64,000 bases of DNA from Mobula hypostoma. Taxonomy: Eukaryota. Of the stretch, positions 50,911-61,896 are shown one piece after another (position 1 is the stretch's first letter; every line of letters begins with the position of its first letter). A program made the translations under genes and the position numbers. Where the stretch lies: positions 46,440,001-46,504,000 of the forward strand of contig NC_086108.1 of NCBI RefSeq assembly GCF_963921235.1, in the 5' to 3' direction. The notes beneath the pieces were generated by a model. It saw only the letters and a list, made by a program, of their open reading frames with translations, was not told where the DNA came from and did not search any database.

Positions 50911-51725
50911 AGGGGTTATGAAGTAAGAAACTGGGAGGTGATAGGTGGAACAGGTAAAGGGCTGAAGAAGGAATCCAATAGGAGAGGATGGAGAACCCAT
51001 GGGAGAAAGGGGAGGAGGAGGGTGAACCTCCCACATTCTTACTTCATACCTACACCCACACCCACACACCCTCCCCCTTACTTGGTTTCACCTATCACCT
51101 GCCAGCTTATACTTCTCTCCTTCCCCTCCCCATCTTCTTGTGCAGGCTTCGACTCCTTCCCCTCCAGTCCTGATGAAAGGTTTCATCCAGAAATGTTGAT
51201 TGTTCATCCTCTCCATAGATGCTACTTGGACTATTGTGTCAGTTCCAGACACGTCAGTATAGAAATGTGGAAGCTTTGGAGAGGGAGCAGGGAAGATTTA
51301 CCAGGATGCTGTTTGGTTTAGAGAACATGTCTTCTGAAGGAAGATTCCACAAGCTATCTCCATTTCCTTTGAAGTGAAGGAGGATGAGAAGCAACTTGAT
51401 AGAGGAGTAGAAGATGATGAGAGGCAGAGACAGTGGCCAGCCAGCACCTTTTCTCAGGGCAGCAACTGTTAATACCAGAAAAAATAATGTCGAGGTGAAT
51501 GGATGAAAGATTAGGGGAGATGACAGGATTTTTTTTGCACGGAGTGGCAAATGACTGGAATGCACGGTGGAAGGCGGAGGCTGATACATTAAAGACATTT
51601 AAGACATTTTTAGATAGAAAATAAATGAAAGGTTATGAGCTCTGTAGAAGGAAAGGGTTAGATTGATCATAGGGTAGGTTAAAAATTCAACAAAAGATTG
51701 TGGGTCAAATACCATTCTAAGTTCT
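50910..51725 (+). mobile_element. Penelope-derived fold-back repeat fused to a CR1 3' end (copy 1)
   Basis: Inverted arms gaggtgataggtggaac / gtttcacctatcacct; CTGATGA..GAAA at 51170-51193; CR1 sequence from about 51225. Confidence 0.65.
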
Positions 51726-51829
51726 ATGCATTCCTAAATTGAAGAACATAGCCCCATAAACTCAAACCCAAACATGTTAAAAGCAGAACAGACTGCTCTT
51801 ACAGAACTGACACATGAAATACCTACAGC

Positions 51830-52510
51830 ATGCCCTTTCCTACTCACTTACCTTCCCCCTCACCTGGTTTCATCTATCACCTGCCAAGCTGTTCCCCTCG
51901 CCTCTTCCCTCACCTTCTTATTCTGGCTTCTGCCCCCTTCCTTTCCAGCCCTAATGAAGGCTCTTTGCCTGAAAGGTCAATTGTTTATTCCTCTCCATAG
52001 GTGCTACTTGGAGTATTGGTTTCAGTTCTAGTCACCCCATTATAGGAAGGATATGGAGGTGCAGAGGAGATTTACTAGCATGCTGCCTAGATTGGAGAAC
52101 ATGTCTTATGAAGAAAGCTTGATCAAATTAGCGCATTTCCCTTTGGAACGAAGAAGGATGGGAGGCAATTTGATAGAGGTGTATATGATAAGAGACACTG
52201 ATAGTGGCCCGACAGTACCTTCCTCAGGGCGGCAATTGCTCATACCAGAAGACATCATTTTAAGGTGTGTGGAGGAAAGTTTAGGACAAACGTCGGAGGT
52301 AAGTGTCTGGATTGCACAGCAGGGGGTTGTGGTGAAGGCTGATACTTTAAAGATACCCAAGAGATTTTTAAATAAGCACACAAATGAAAGAAAAATTCAG
52401 AGTTAAAGGCTAAGTAGGAGGGAGGGGTCAGATTGATTGTGGAATAGATTACGAAGTTGGCACAGCACTGTGGGCAAAGTGGATCTGCACTGTACTGTAC
52501 CGTTGTGCAT
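51830..52510 (+). mobile_element. Penelope-derived repeat fused to a CR1 3' end (copy 2)
   Basis: Same junction ctccata(g/a)..gctacttgga.tat as at about 51215 and 63935. Confidence 0.65.
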
Positions 52511-52620
52511 TGTGATGAGCACAGTTTTCATAAAGCAGATTAGCAATAGAAATCTGACATTTGTTTTGATACTTAATAATAAAAATTCAAAGTGAAAACT
52601 AGTGGAAATTAGCTCAGTAC

Positions 52621-52806
52621 CTTTACAGTTGGGAATGGGTGCTGTCCATTGTCCATTGGCTTCACACTGAAGCACTTCTGACCCCTGCAGCAGAAACCCT
52701 TCTGTGCAGTCAAAGCTGCAGGTTGAGCTGTAACTGAAGTCTCCAAAGGGATGGGTGCAGTTTACCATCCCTCGTGTTGGCTGTGTTATTGTCTGGCAGG
52801 TTACAG
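52621..52806 (-). CDS. Selectin sushi/CCP exon (D)
   Basis: 186 bp, AG/GT bounded; VTCQTITQPTRGMVNCTHPFGDFSYSSTCSFDCTEGFLLQGSEVLQCEANGQWTAPIPNCK. Confidence 0.92.
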
Positions 52807-52894
52807 CTGAAATACAATTTGGATTTCACCATTCAATTTTCAATACACAGAATATTATTTTTAAGGAATGGGCATAAATAACTATCGTTATAAA

Positions 52895-53707
52895 TGTAAT
52901 GTCCTGGTTAAGATTTTTACTGCTATGTTGCAGGTATTTCATTTCAGCAGTTCTGTAAGAGCAGTCTCTTCTGCCTTTAGTGTGTCTGGGTTTGAGCTAA
53001 AGGTAAGGGGCTATGTTGTTCAGCTTAGGAATGTTGTACCAGCCAATCAGGATGGTGGAATTGGGAGAAGGTTCAAGGGAATGCTGGGTGTAGAGATTTT
53101 TGTGGGTTGAGGTCTTTTTGGTGGGAGCTGAGAGAAGACAGGCGGGAAGATGGGTAGGGATGTTATCCCAGTTGCAAAAGGAGTTTGTACAGATGAATGG
53201 TTTCAAGGGGGAAGGACTAATATTCCCATGGGGGAGACCGTTTACTAGAGATGAATTTTGAGCAACACTCGGAAGGTTGTGTGCATGAAGACCTAGGATC
53301 CAATGTGTGAGTTAAAGACAACTTGAAGATGAGCTCCAACTTACGTGCACATTTGGACTGGGTTACAGTAGTGGGCCCTTTTATTTATTTTTTTCTTTTT
53401 TCTACTAACTGCTCAATAAAGATGAAATTTGTAAATATACTTTCTTTATATTTGTATGCAGTGTACAATCTGTTATTTCTTGCCGATGACTAATTGCACG
53501 AAGGCAGTAATTACACAATATTCACACAGATTGGGATTCAGGTGGTCAAGACAGCCCAACTTGCCAGTCTGGTGGGACACCCAAGCACTCTGACCTTAGA
53601 TATCAGAGTTAGAGAAAGGCGATTTTCTCACCGCTGAGTCTAGTGGCTGTTAGTGAGGGGCTAATGAGCTGCATCTCTAGAGATTACCGGTAAAAAGGGA
53701 CTTCACA
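52895..53707 (+). mobile_element. Solo LTR (813 bp) in the C-D intron
   Basis: TGTAATGTCC...GGGACTTCACA termini; AATAAA at about 53415; absent from the paralogous intron at 48020-48040, which shows the empty site. Confidence 0.75.
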
Positions 53708-53776
53708 GAAATTGAAAGTGTTATAGAAGAGTTGAACGCATATCACAAGCTCGATTTCCTTTGATGAATACAATAC

Positions 53777-53962
53777 CTCTACAGGTGGGTATTTCTGCTG
53801 TCCAACGTCCAGAGGCTCTACATTCAAGTCTGTGTGATCCCATTAATGTGAACCCTTCAGCACAGCTAAAATCACACCACGACCGGTAACCGAAGTGATC
53901 GATGGGATGGGTGCAGTTATAGGTTCCTCTGTCTGGACTTCTCAGCATGTCACATTTCATGG
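53777..53962 (-). CDS. Selectin sushi/CCP exon (C)
   Basis: 186 bp, AG/GT bounded; MKCDMLRSPDRGTYNCTHPIDHFGYRSWCDFSCAEGFTLMGSHRLECRASGRWTAEIPTCR. Confidence 0.92.
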
Positions 53963-54609
53963 CTGAAACATTAGTGATAGTATTCTCATTGATTCTGTTA
54001 ACGTGCATATCACCTGATTTTTCTTGATTTCTAACATGCCAAATAGTAGAAGGGACAGAAGGACGAATTTCTTAACATCAACGGTTGAAAATAATTGGAA
54101 TCCATTGTCCCCAGAAAACTTGCAGATGATTATCAGCTCTGTGATTTTAAGGCTGCAGTTATGGGCACGCAGGAATCAGGGGATGTGGACTTCCACTGGA
54201 ATAATCACCCATGCTCTTACTGAATGCAGAGCAGATGTGAAGAGCGGAGTAGCCACTCTTGTTCCTATTTGTTATTTATCCATACTTCATTTTAATCACT
54301 TCTTCCTCTCTTCCCACCAAAAATACTTTGCGATGTCATACTAAGCAAAATTGCAAATCCATCCAAAAGAAAAGGATTGATGATTTGAAGACATTTTCCA
54401 TTATCTCCAGTATTTTTTTTTGGGTGTTCTGATCCTCATTCTTCACTTAAATATTATCATCAAAGAGTTGATCACATCCCAATCTTATAAAATTGCTTAT
54501 GCAAATTGCTTTTGTTCATAACTGATGACATTGAAGGTGCTCAGATGTTCCAGCCCGATTTAGTATTATATACAGCAGAAGCAACTTGTCATATGATAAC
54601 AGAGCTTTA

Positions 54610-55400
54610 TAATTTTGAAAGATAAGAGTAAATTGGATGTGATCTCAACTATGCATCTGGGGAAGGATGTGAGTAGTGATGTATATAGTCCATCTCTTTT
54701 TCAGCCTCTTCAGAAAGTAGAGGTGTTGGTGAACTGTGGAGGATGTGTTCTGTGACCATGAGAGGTTGTACAAGATGAGCACTGACAGGAGTTCAAAACT
54801 GCTCACAGATTCCACTGCTGTGCAGCCAAAGTGGTGGTGGTTGGGGGTGGTGAGTGTGTAGGTTTTCCTGAAGTTAATAACCATCCCTTTGGCTTGTTGA
54901 CATTGAGCAAGAGATTGTTTGCCTGGCACCAGGCCTTGAGCTCTTCCACCTCCCCTCTGTAGGCCATCTCATTGTTGATGGTGATGAGTCTCACCACTGT
55001 TGTGTCATTGGCAAACTTGATAATGTGGTTGCTTGGATGTTTGTCTGTGCAGTCATATGTGAGCAGTGTGTACAACAGGGGACTCAGCACACAGTCCTGG
55101 GGGGCACTCATGTTGGATGGTGGGGAGGAAGGAGTGGTTGTGCATCCTAACAATCTGAGGTCTGTTGGTTAGCAAGTCCAACACATTGGGTATTTAGATT
55201 GAAGAGTAGGAGTCTGTTCAAAGTCTGTGGGAAAGTAGAGTTGAATGCCGAACTGAAGTTCAGAAACAGCATTCTGAAAGAAGTGTCTGTTTTCTGGGCT
55301 AGGTGTATGACAGACACTATGGCATCTTTGTAGAGTGGTTCTGATGGTAAGTGTATTGGTGAGTGCCCAGAGTAGCAGGAATGTACTCATCATTATGTTT
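54610..55400 (-). mobile_element. Rex/Babar LINE RT fragment
   Basis: APQDCVLSPLLYTLLTYDC..IIKFANDTTVV..WCQANNLLLNV. Confidence 0.85.
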
Positions 55401-55479
55401 CTGTTTTGTTTTACTGAGTTCTTAAATCATTTTTCTGACCTTATTTCTGACAATCTATTGATGGAGGTTGTTTAAAAAT

Positions 55480-55636
55480 TGGCATGACGCAGTAGCCTGT
55501 TTGACCCACTCAATATATGGTATAAATTCCCTTCCTCAGAGATAAAGTTGCATGTTGAGCTGTAACTAAAGTATCAAGGGATGGGAGCCATTCATTTCTT
55601 CCTGTTCAATCTTTATCGGTTTTGGGCAACTTATGA
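55480..55636 (-). pseudogene. Decayed selectin CCP pseudo-exon
   Basis: Remnant ISCPK...MN.SHP..FSYSSTCNF..EEG...LSGSNRL; acceptor AG changed to AT; indels and a truncated 3' end. Confidence 0.75.
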
Positions 55637-55666
55637 ATGGAATGCAAGATTTTAGGTTAGAATTAG

Positions 55667-56419
55667 AAATATGTTACGGAGCTGATTCGTGCGGAAATTT
55701 CAACCTCTGTTACGGAGCTGATTCGTGCGGAAATTTCAATTAATTTCCAGAAAATTGCCGATTCAATCGATAAGATACAAACATCTATTACGGAACATCA
55801 GTCGGCTATATCTGATCTTCAAAAATCCACGCAACAAAGTGAGCTTAAGATGGGGAAAATCGAAGAAACAATTAATGTAATGAAGAAGAAACTTGACTTT
55901 CTGACCTTTAAAAACTCTGACTTAGAATCTAGAATGCGACGGCAGAATCTACGAATGATCGGGGTGCGTGAAGCTGTTGAATCTGATAACCCTATGAAGT
56001 ATTTTTCTCAACTTTTAAAAGATGCATTTCCTACTGTATTTCCTGACCAACCACCGCTATTGGATCGCGTTCACAGAGTTCCATCATACTCGCCTAGGTC
56101 AGATAAACCTAGACATGTCATTTTACGGTTTCATTACTTTCAAGACAAGGAGAAACTGTTTCGATTCGTTCGATCTAAAGGTTTCATTGGTTTTTTGGAT
56201 CTTAAGTTCCGATTCGTGGAAGATTTCAGTAAACCAATCCGGGATCAACGGGTTCGTTACAGATCTGTGATGTCGGAACTCTACAAGATGGATTTAAAAC
56301 CAGCGCTGCTTTACCCTGCACGTCTAAGGATTTGTACGCTGGATGGAGCCCTCCGTTTTTTTGACTCTCCATCGGATGCCCAGAGTTATCTGGATCAATT
56401 TTCACCTTCAACATCGTAA
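55667..56419 (+). CDS. L1 ORF1p (N-terminally truncated, open frame)
   Basis: Frame open from 55667 (VTELIRAEISTSVTELIRAEIS...) through coiled-coil, RRM and CTD motifs. Confidence 0.85.
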   Translation, partial: KYVTELIRAEISTSVTELIRAEISINFQKIADSIDKIQTSITEHQSAISDLQKSTQQSELKMGKIEETINVMKKKLDFLTFKNSDLESRMRRQNLRMIGVREAVESDNPMKYFSQLLKDAFPTVFPDQPPLLDRVHRVPSYSPRSDKPRHVILRFHYFQDKEKLFRFVRSKGFIGFLDLKFRFVEDFSKPIRDQRVRYRSVMSELYKMDLKPALLYPARLRICTLDGALRFFDSPSDAQSYLDQFSPSTS

Positions 56420-59400
56420 TTGTAATTTTTTAACTATCTCTGTTGATCGGAGGCTGTGAATTTGTCGGTCTTAATTTTTTTTTGCCCTATTTGGGCAGAA
56501 AAGTTTATTTTTGATTACTTAATATGGTTGCTAAACTTTCTTTTTAACTGCGTCATTTCTTTCTTTTTCCTAGGGGATTCTGGGTGGTTATTTCCTCATC
56601 GTCATTTTACGTATTTCCTTTGTGGCCTTAAATTTTGTAGTTTTTTTAAAAATCTATTTTGTTTTGTAGGTTTTTATAACTAGTTTATGTTAATAATCTC
56701 TTTTTTTTTGTTGTTTTGTTTATTCATGGGTCTGGGGTTTATTGCGGTTTTTTTAATATATTTTCTGACTTTTATTCTGTTATGTGTTTATTTTAATTGA
56801 GTTATTTTTTATTCTTTTACTGTTTTATAATCAGCTGATCTTTTTTATATTTACACTTTTTTTTAGGGAGCGTATACCGGAAGTCATGGGGTTAGTTTTA
56901 GTGCTTGCTTCTTTGGGGCTGGTCTGCGTTAGATTTAGCCTTGGGGTCATGGGGTGAGGGTGGTGGGAGGGGCTTCACGTTTTAGTTTTTTTCTTCTTGG
57001 GCTATATACATTATTGAAGTATTGGTTGCGTTCTTCTTCCCGGTATCTCTTGTATGTTCTGTTCCCTCTCCGGGTTCGTGGGTCGAGCCTATTGTCAATC
57101 CTCCTTGTTGTGGGTTGACTTTAGGGTTTATGGAGTCTATTATTAATTTTGTCTCCTGGAATACTAATGGTCTTAATCATCCTATTAAAAGGAAAAAAGT
57201 TTTTAAAGTGTTCCGGAGACTTAAAGCACAAATTTTATTCTTACAAGAGACCCATGTGCGGAGGGGGGGACAGTCTAAGTTTTTTTAAAATTCTGTAAGG
57301 GACAACAGTTTCATTCGAACTCCAATGCTAAGATTCGAGGCGTCTCTATTTTTATAGACTCCTCAGTTACTTTTATACAACATGATATTATTTCTGATCC
57401 GAATGGTAGATTTCTATTGGTTAGTGGTTTACTATTTAATAAAAAAGTAGTTTTGGTTAATGTTTATGCTCCTAATATGGACTGTCCGGAATTTTATAAA
57501 TCATTATTTAATCAGTTTCCGAATTTGAATGAGTTTTCATTCATCTGGGGCGGAGATCTTAATACCTGTTTGTCTCCAGCTTTGGACCGTTTGGCTCCTT
57601 TACGGACCTTACCTAATAAATCTGCAACTTTGATTAATTCATTCCTTTCTGATTCTGGGTCGACGGACATTTGGCACTTTTTGCATCCTCAGGAAAAAGA
57701 TTTTTCTTTTTTTTCCACATGTTCATCATTCCTATTCAAGAATTGATTATTTCTTTATTGATTCTCGTCTTATTTCCTCAGTGATTAAATGTGATTATGA
57801 CTCTATAACCATTTCGGATCATGCTCCACTTAAGCTTTCTATTAAAATTCTGGCCAATATACAAAATAATAGACAATGGCGTTTTAATTCGCTGTTGCTT
57901 CAGGACTCGGACTTTGTTAACTTTATGAATGAACAGATTGAGCTTTTTTTTACAATTAACCATACAGAGGATATTTCTGTTAACACTCTTTGGGACACTT
58001 TTAAAGCTTATATTCGTGGTCAGATTATCTCGTATTCTGCTGCTTTGAGGAAGAAGCAGAAGCAGGAGGAGTTGGTAATTGTGGACAAGATTAAGGAAAT
58101 TGATAAGAAATATGTTATAGCTCCTTCTGAGGAGTTATATAAACAAAGAACTGAACTTCAAATGGAACACAGTTTATTACTCTCGTCCTCGATTGTAAAC
58201 CAATTAAAGAAAACAAGAAGTGAATTTTATGTACACAGTGACAAAATTGGCAAACTGTTGGCTAATCAATTGAAGTCTAATTATGCTAAATCTCAAATTA
58301 ATCAGATTTATAACCAAAATGATTGACTGATACTTGATCATGTGGGGATTAATCAAACCTTCTGTGATTTTTACTCTTCCTTATATCAATCAGAGTCTCC
58401 TCGAGATTCTAAATATATGAATGATTTTTTAGATAATTTAGACTTCCCTGAGATTTCACAGGATATGGCTTCTATGTTAGATACTCCCATTACCATGGAT
58501 GAGATTAAGAATGTTATTTTCTCTATGAATTTGGGGAAAGCTCCTGGCCCTGATGGGTTTACCGTAGAATTTTATAAATGTTTTGCTCCTTCATTAATCC
58601 CTTGGCTCTGTAGGGTTTTTGAGGCTTCATTGAAACTTTGTAAACTTCCTGAATCTTTTAATAGAGCGTCAATTTCTTTAATATTAAAGAAGGATAAAGA
58701 TCCTGCTCAATGTGCATCTTATAGACCAATATCTTTATTAAATGTTGATTCTAAAGTTTTTTCTAAGTTATTAGCAAATAGATTAGAAAAAGTACTTCCC
58801 TCTATTATTTCAGAAGACCAAACGGGTTTTATTAAAGGTTGTTACTCTTTTTATAATATTCGTACACTGTTAAATATCGTTTATACTCCCTCACAAAATG
58901 TTCCTGAGTGTGTTATCTCTTTAGATGCCGAGAAAGCTTTTGATAGAGTAGAATGGCCTTATTTATTTAAGGTGCTTGAAATGTTTAATTTTAGCTCGAA
59001 ATTTATATCCTGGATTAAACTCTTATATTATTCTCCTGTGGCCTCGGTCCGTACTAACTCTTTAAGTTCACCTTTTTTCCCTCTTTTTCGAGGTACTCGA
59101 CAAGGCTGTCCTCTTAGTCCCTTATTATTTGATATTGCATTAGAACCTCTTGCAATTGCCATTCGGGAATCTCCAAATATTACTGGGATAACTCGGGGCT
59201 TAAAGTCCCATAAATTATCACTCTATGCTGATGATTTACTTTTATATATTTCTAATCCTCAAAAATCCATCTCGGCTGTTTTAGAGTTATTAGCACAATT
59301 TGGTCTTTTTTCAGGTTATAAATTAAATCTTAGTAAGAGTGAACTCTTTCCGATTAATAAACAACTTCCCTTATATTATAAATTTCCATTTAAATTGATT

Positions 59401-61252
59401 AATAATTATTTTTCATACCTTGGGATTAAAATTACTTGTAAATACAAAGATTTATTTAAGACTAACTTTGTACCATTAATAGACCATATTACTCAACTTT
59501 CATCTAAATGGTTTCCTTTATATTTAACTTTGGTCGTATTAATGCAGTTAAGATGTTTTTTTTGCCAAAATTTTTATATATGTTTCAGGCATTACCAATC
59601 TTTGTTCCAAAATCTTTTTTTGACAAAGTTGACTCTAAAATTTCTTCATTTATTTGGCAGAATAAAAACCCGAGACTGGGTAAAATACATTTACAGAAAG
59701 CTAAGAGAGATGGAGGCTTAGCATTACCTAACTTTAGATTTTATTATTGGGCAATTAATATTCGACATATGAAATTCTGGTTACTGGACCAGGATATACT
59801 ATCCATTCCTAAATGGGTAGTATTGGAATTACAATCTGTTCAGGGTTTTACACTTGGCTCTATTTTAGGTTCCTCTCTTCCTTTTGATTGGAAACGCCTT
59901 AAACAGGTGTCTAACCCGATAGTTAAATATATCTTGCGTATTTGGTTTCAATTCAGAAAATTTTTTGATCTTAATCAATTTGGGTTAGCGATTCCTATTT
60001 TAGGTAACATATTTTTTCCTCCCTCTTTTACGGATCGTGCTTTTCAAACTTGGAAGACTAAGGGTATTTCACGGTTTTTGGATTTATTTTTAGATGGTTC
60101 CCTTATGTCTTTTGAACAATTATCTAATAAATATAACTTATCAAGAATACATTTTTTTAGATATCTACAAGTTAGAGATTTCCTAAGTACTATACTTTCT
60201 TCCTTTCCGATGCTTCCTCCTACATACATTTTAGATACTATAATTAACCTTAATCCATGTCAGAAAGGTGCATCGGCTATGATTTATAATATTATTATGA
60301 AACTTAGGAAAGCTCCATTTGATAAGTTTAGGGTAGATTGGGAACAGGAATTGGGGTTTACCATTTCCGTGGATGACTGGGGGCAGATTTTACAATTAGT
60401 CAATACTTCCTCTATCTGTGCTAAACATTCCCTAATACAATTTAAAGTTGTTCATAGAGCACATATGTCCAAAGATAAGTTAGCGCGCTTTTATTCTCAT
60501 AGTAATCCTTTTTGTGATAGATGTCCGGGGCAGATAGCCTCTTTAACTCATATGTTTTGGTCTTGCCCTACTTTGGAAACTTTTTGGAGAGACATTTTTA
60601 ATATTATCTCCAAGGTATTGAATATAGATATCTCTCCACACCCTATTACTGCTATCTTTGGACTACCTAAAATTTCCAGTAATCTCTCCCCTTCAGCCCG
60701 TAGAATGATTGCATTTCTTACTTTAATGGCGAAAAGATGTATCTTACAACATTGGAAAGAGCTTAATGCTCCAACTACCTTTTTTTTGGTTTTCTCAGAC
60801 GATATTATGCTTGAATCTGGAGAAAATTAGAAACAATCTTTATGACTCATTTTAATTTGAACAGACTTGGAGATCTTTTATTCAATATTTTCATTTAATG
60901 TAATATATACCCTTCTTGTTTTTTTTTTACTGTTTTTAATGGAGGTCGGGTTTGAGGACGTGATTTTAAGTTTAACTCTGTTTGGTTTCAAGTTAGCCCA
61001 TTGCTTTGCTTTGCTTTTAGTTAGTTGCATGGTGGTTTTTTTTTGGGGGGGGGTTTCCTTTTCTCTATTGATATATATATATATAATTAGTATACTATTA
61101 TGTTACCTTGGTATGTTATGTTTAAATTACATTGTTTGTAGTATCTTTTTTGTATTAATATCTTCTGTAATTTTATTATATTCTAACAGTGTATTAGTGT
61201 CTATATGGCTTACCTTTTTGTATACTTATTTAATAAAAAGATTTAAAAAGAA
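55669..61252 (+). mobile_element. Near-full-length L1 LINE (5'-truncated within ORF1)
   Basis: ORF1 (DLESRMRRQNLR..DRVHR..PRHVILRF..LLYPARL), T-rich spacer, ORF2 APE-RT-CCHC, AATAAA/A-rich tail; TSD agaattagaa at 55659-55668 and 61253-61262. Confidence 0.96.
57130..60900 (+). pseudogene. L1 ORF2p (APE endonuclease, RT, CCHC), disrupted
   Basis: SWNTNGL, LQETH, NVYAPN, GGDLN, SDH, KAPGPDG, LDAEKAFD, GTRQGCPLSP, LYADD; a few frameshifts and a TGA at 58324. Confidence 0.92.
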
Positions 61253-61372
61253 AGAATTAGAAGTATGTACAATTGAATATATTCTAAAATAGTCTCAACT
61301 TTAAAGATGATCGAGTTATAACTATCATATTTTGCATATCATTTTAAACATTAACGCCGAATTCCTTAGTAC

Positions 61373-61558
61373 CTGTGCATTTGGGGCTCTGTGCTGTCCA
61401 CTGCCCATTAGCTTCACATTGTAAATGGTCTGAACCATTCAGTATAAACCCCTCAGCACAGCTGAAGTCGCATGTTGAGTTGAAACTGAAGTGTCCGATG
61501 GGATGGGAACAGTTCATTGCACCTTGTTCAGGTTGCACCAGTCTTGCACAGATTAGAA
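61373..61558 (-). CDS. Selectin sushi/CCP exon (B)
   Basis: 186 bp, AG/GT bounded; LICARLVQPEQGAMNCSHPIGHFSFNSTCDFSCAEGFILNGSDHLQCEANGQWTAQSPKCT; 115-bp intron separates it from exon A. Confidence 0.93.
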
Positions 61559-61673
61559 CTGAAGTACAAGAGTAGAATTTTCTCAGTCTTAAATTTTGCA
61601 GATATAATACCAATATTTTATTGCAAATTTTGATATAATTGAAGTCTAACATTAAAATGAAGTTTTCTTGTAC

Positions 61674-61859
61674 CTTCACAGTTGGGGTTTTGTGCAGTCC
61701 ATTGCCCATTGCTTTGACACTGCAGACTTTTTGACCCTTTCAGTGCAAACCCTTCAACACAGCTGAAGTCACACATTGAGCTATAACTGAAGTCCCCAAT
61801 AGGATGTGAGCAGTTCATCACCCCTTGTTCAGGGTCTGTCAGCGCCTGACAGGTTACAG
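61674..61859 (-). CDS. Selectin sushi/CCP exon (A), first in window
   Basis: 186 bp, AG/GT bounded, phase 1-1; VTCQALTDPEQGVMNCSHPIGDFSYSSMCDFSCVEGFALKGSKSLQCQSNGQWTAQNPNCE has the six-Cys selectin-type CCP pattern. Confidence 0.93.
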
Positions 61860-61896
61860 CTAAAATATAGAATTTAAAGTTCTTTAGCATTTGGAA

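Noticed and set aside
35301..61859. Assignment of the CCP exons to a complement regulator, or specifically to SELP or SELE
   Set aside because: Six-Cys repeats plus TM and short tail indicate a selectin; the lectin domain is outside the window, so no symbol is assigned
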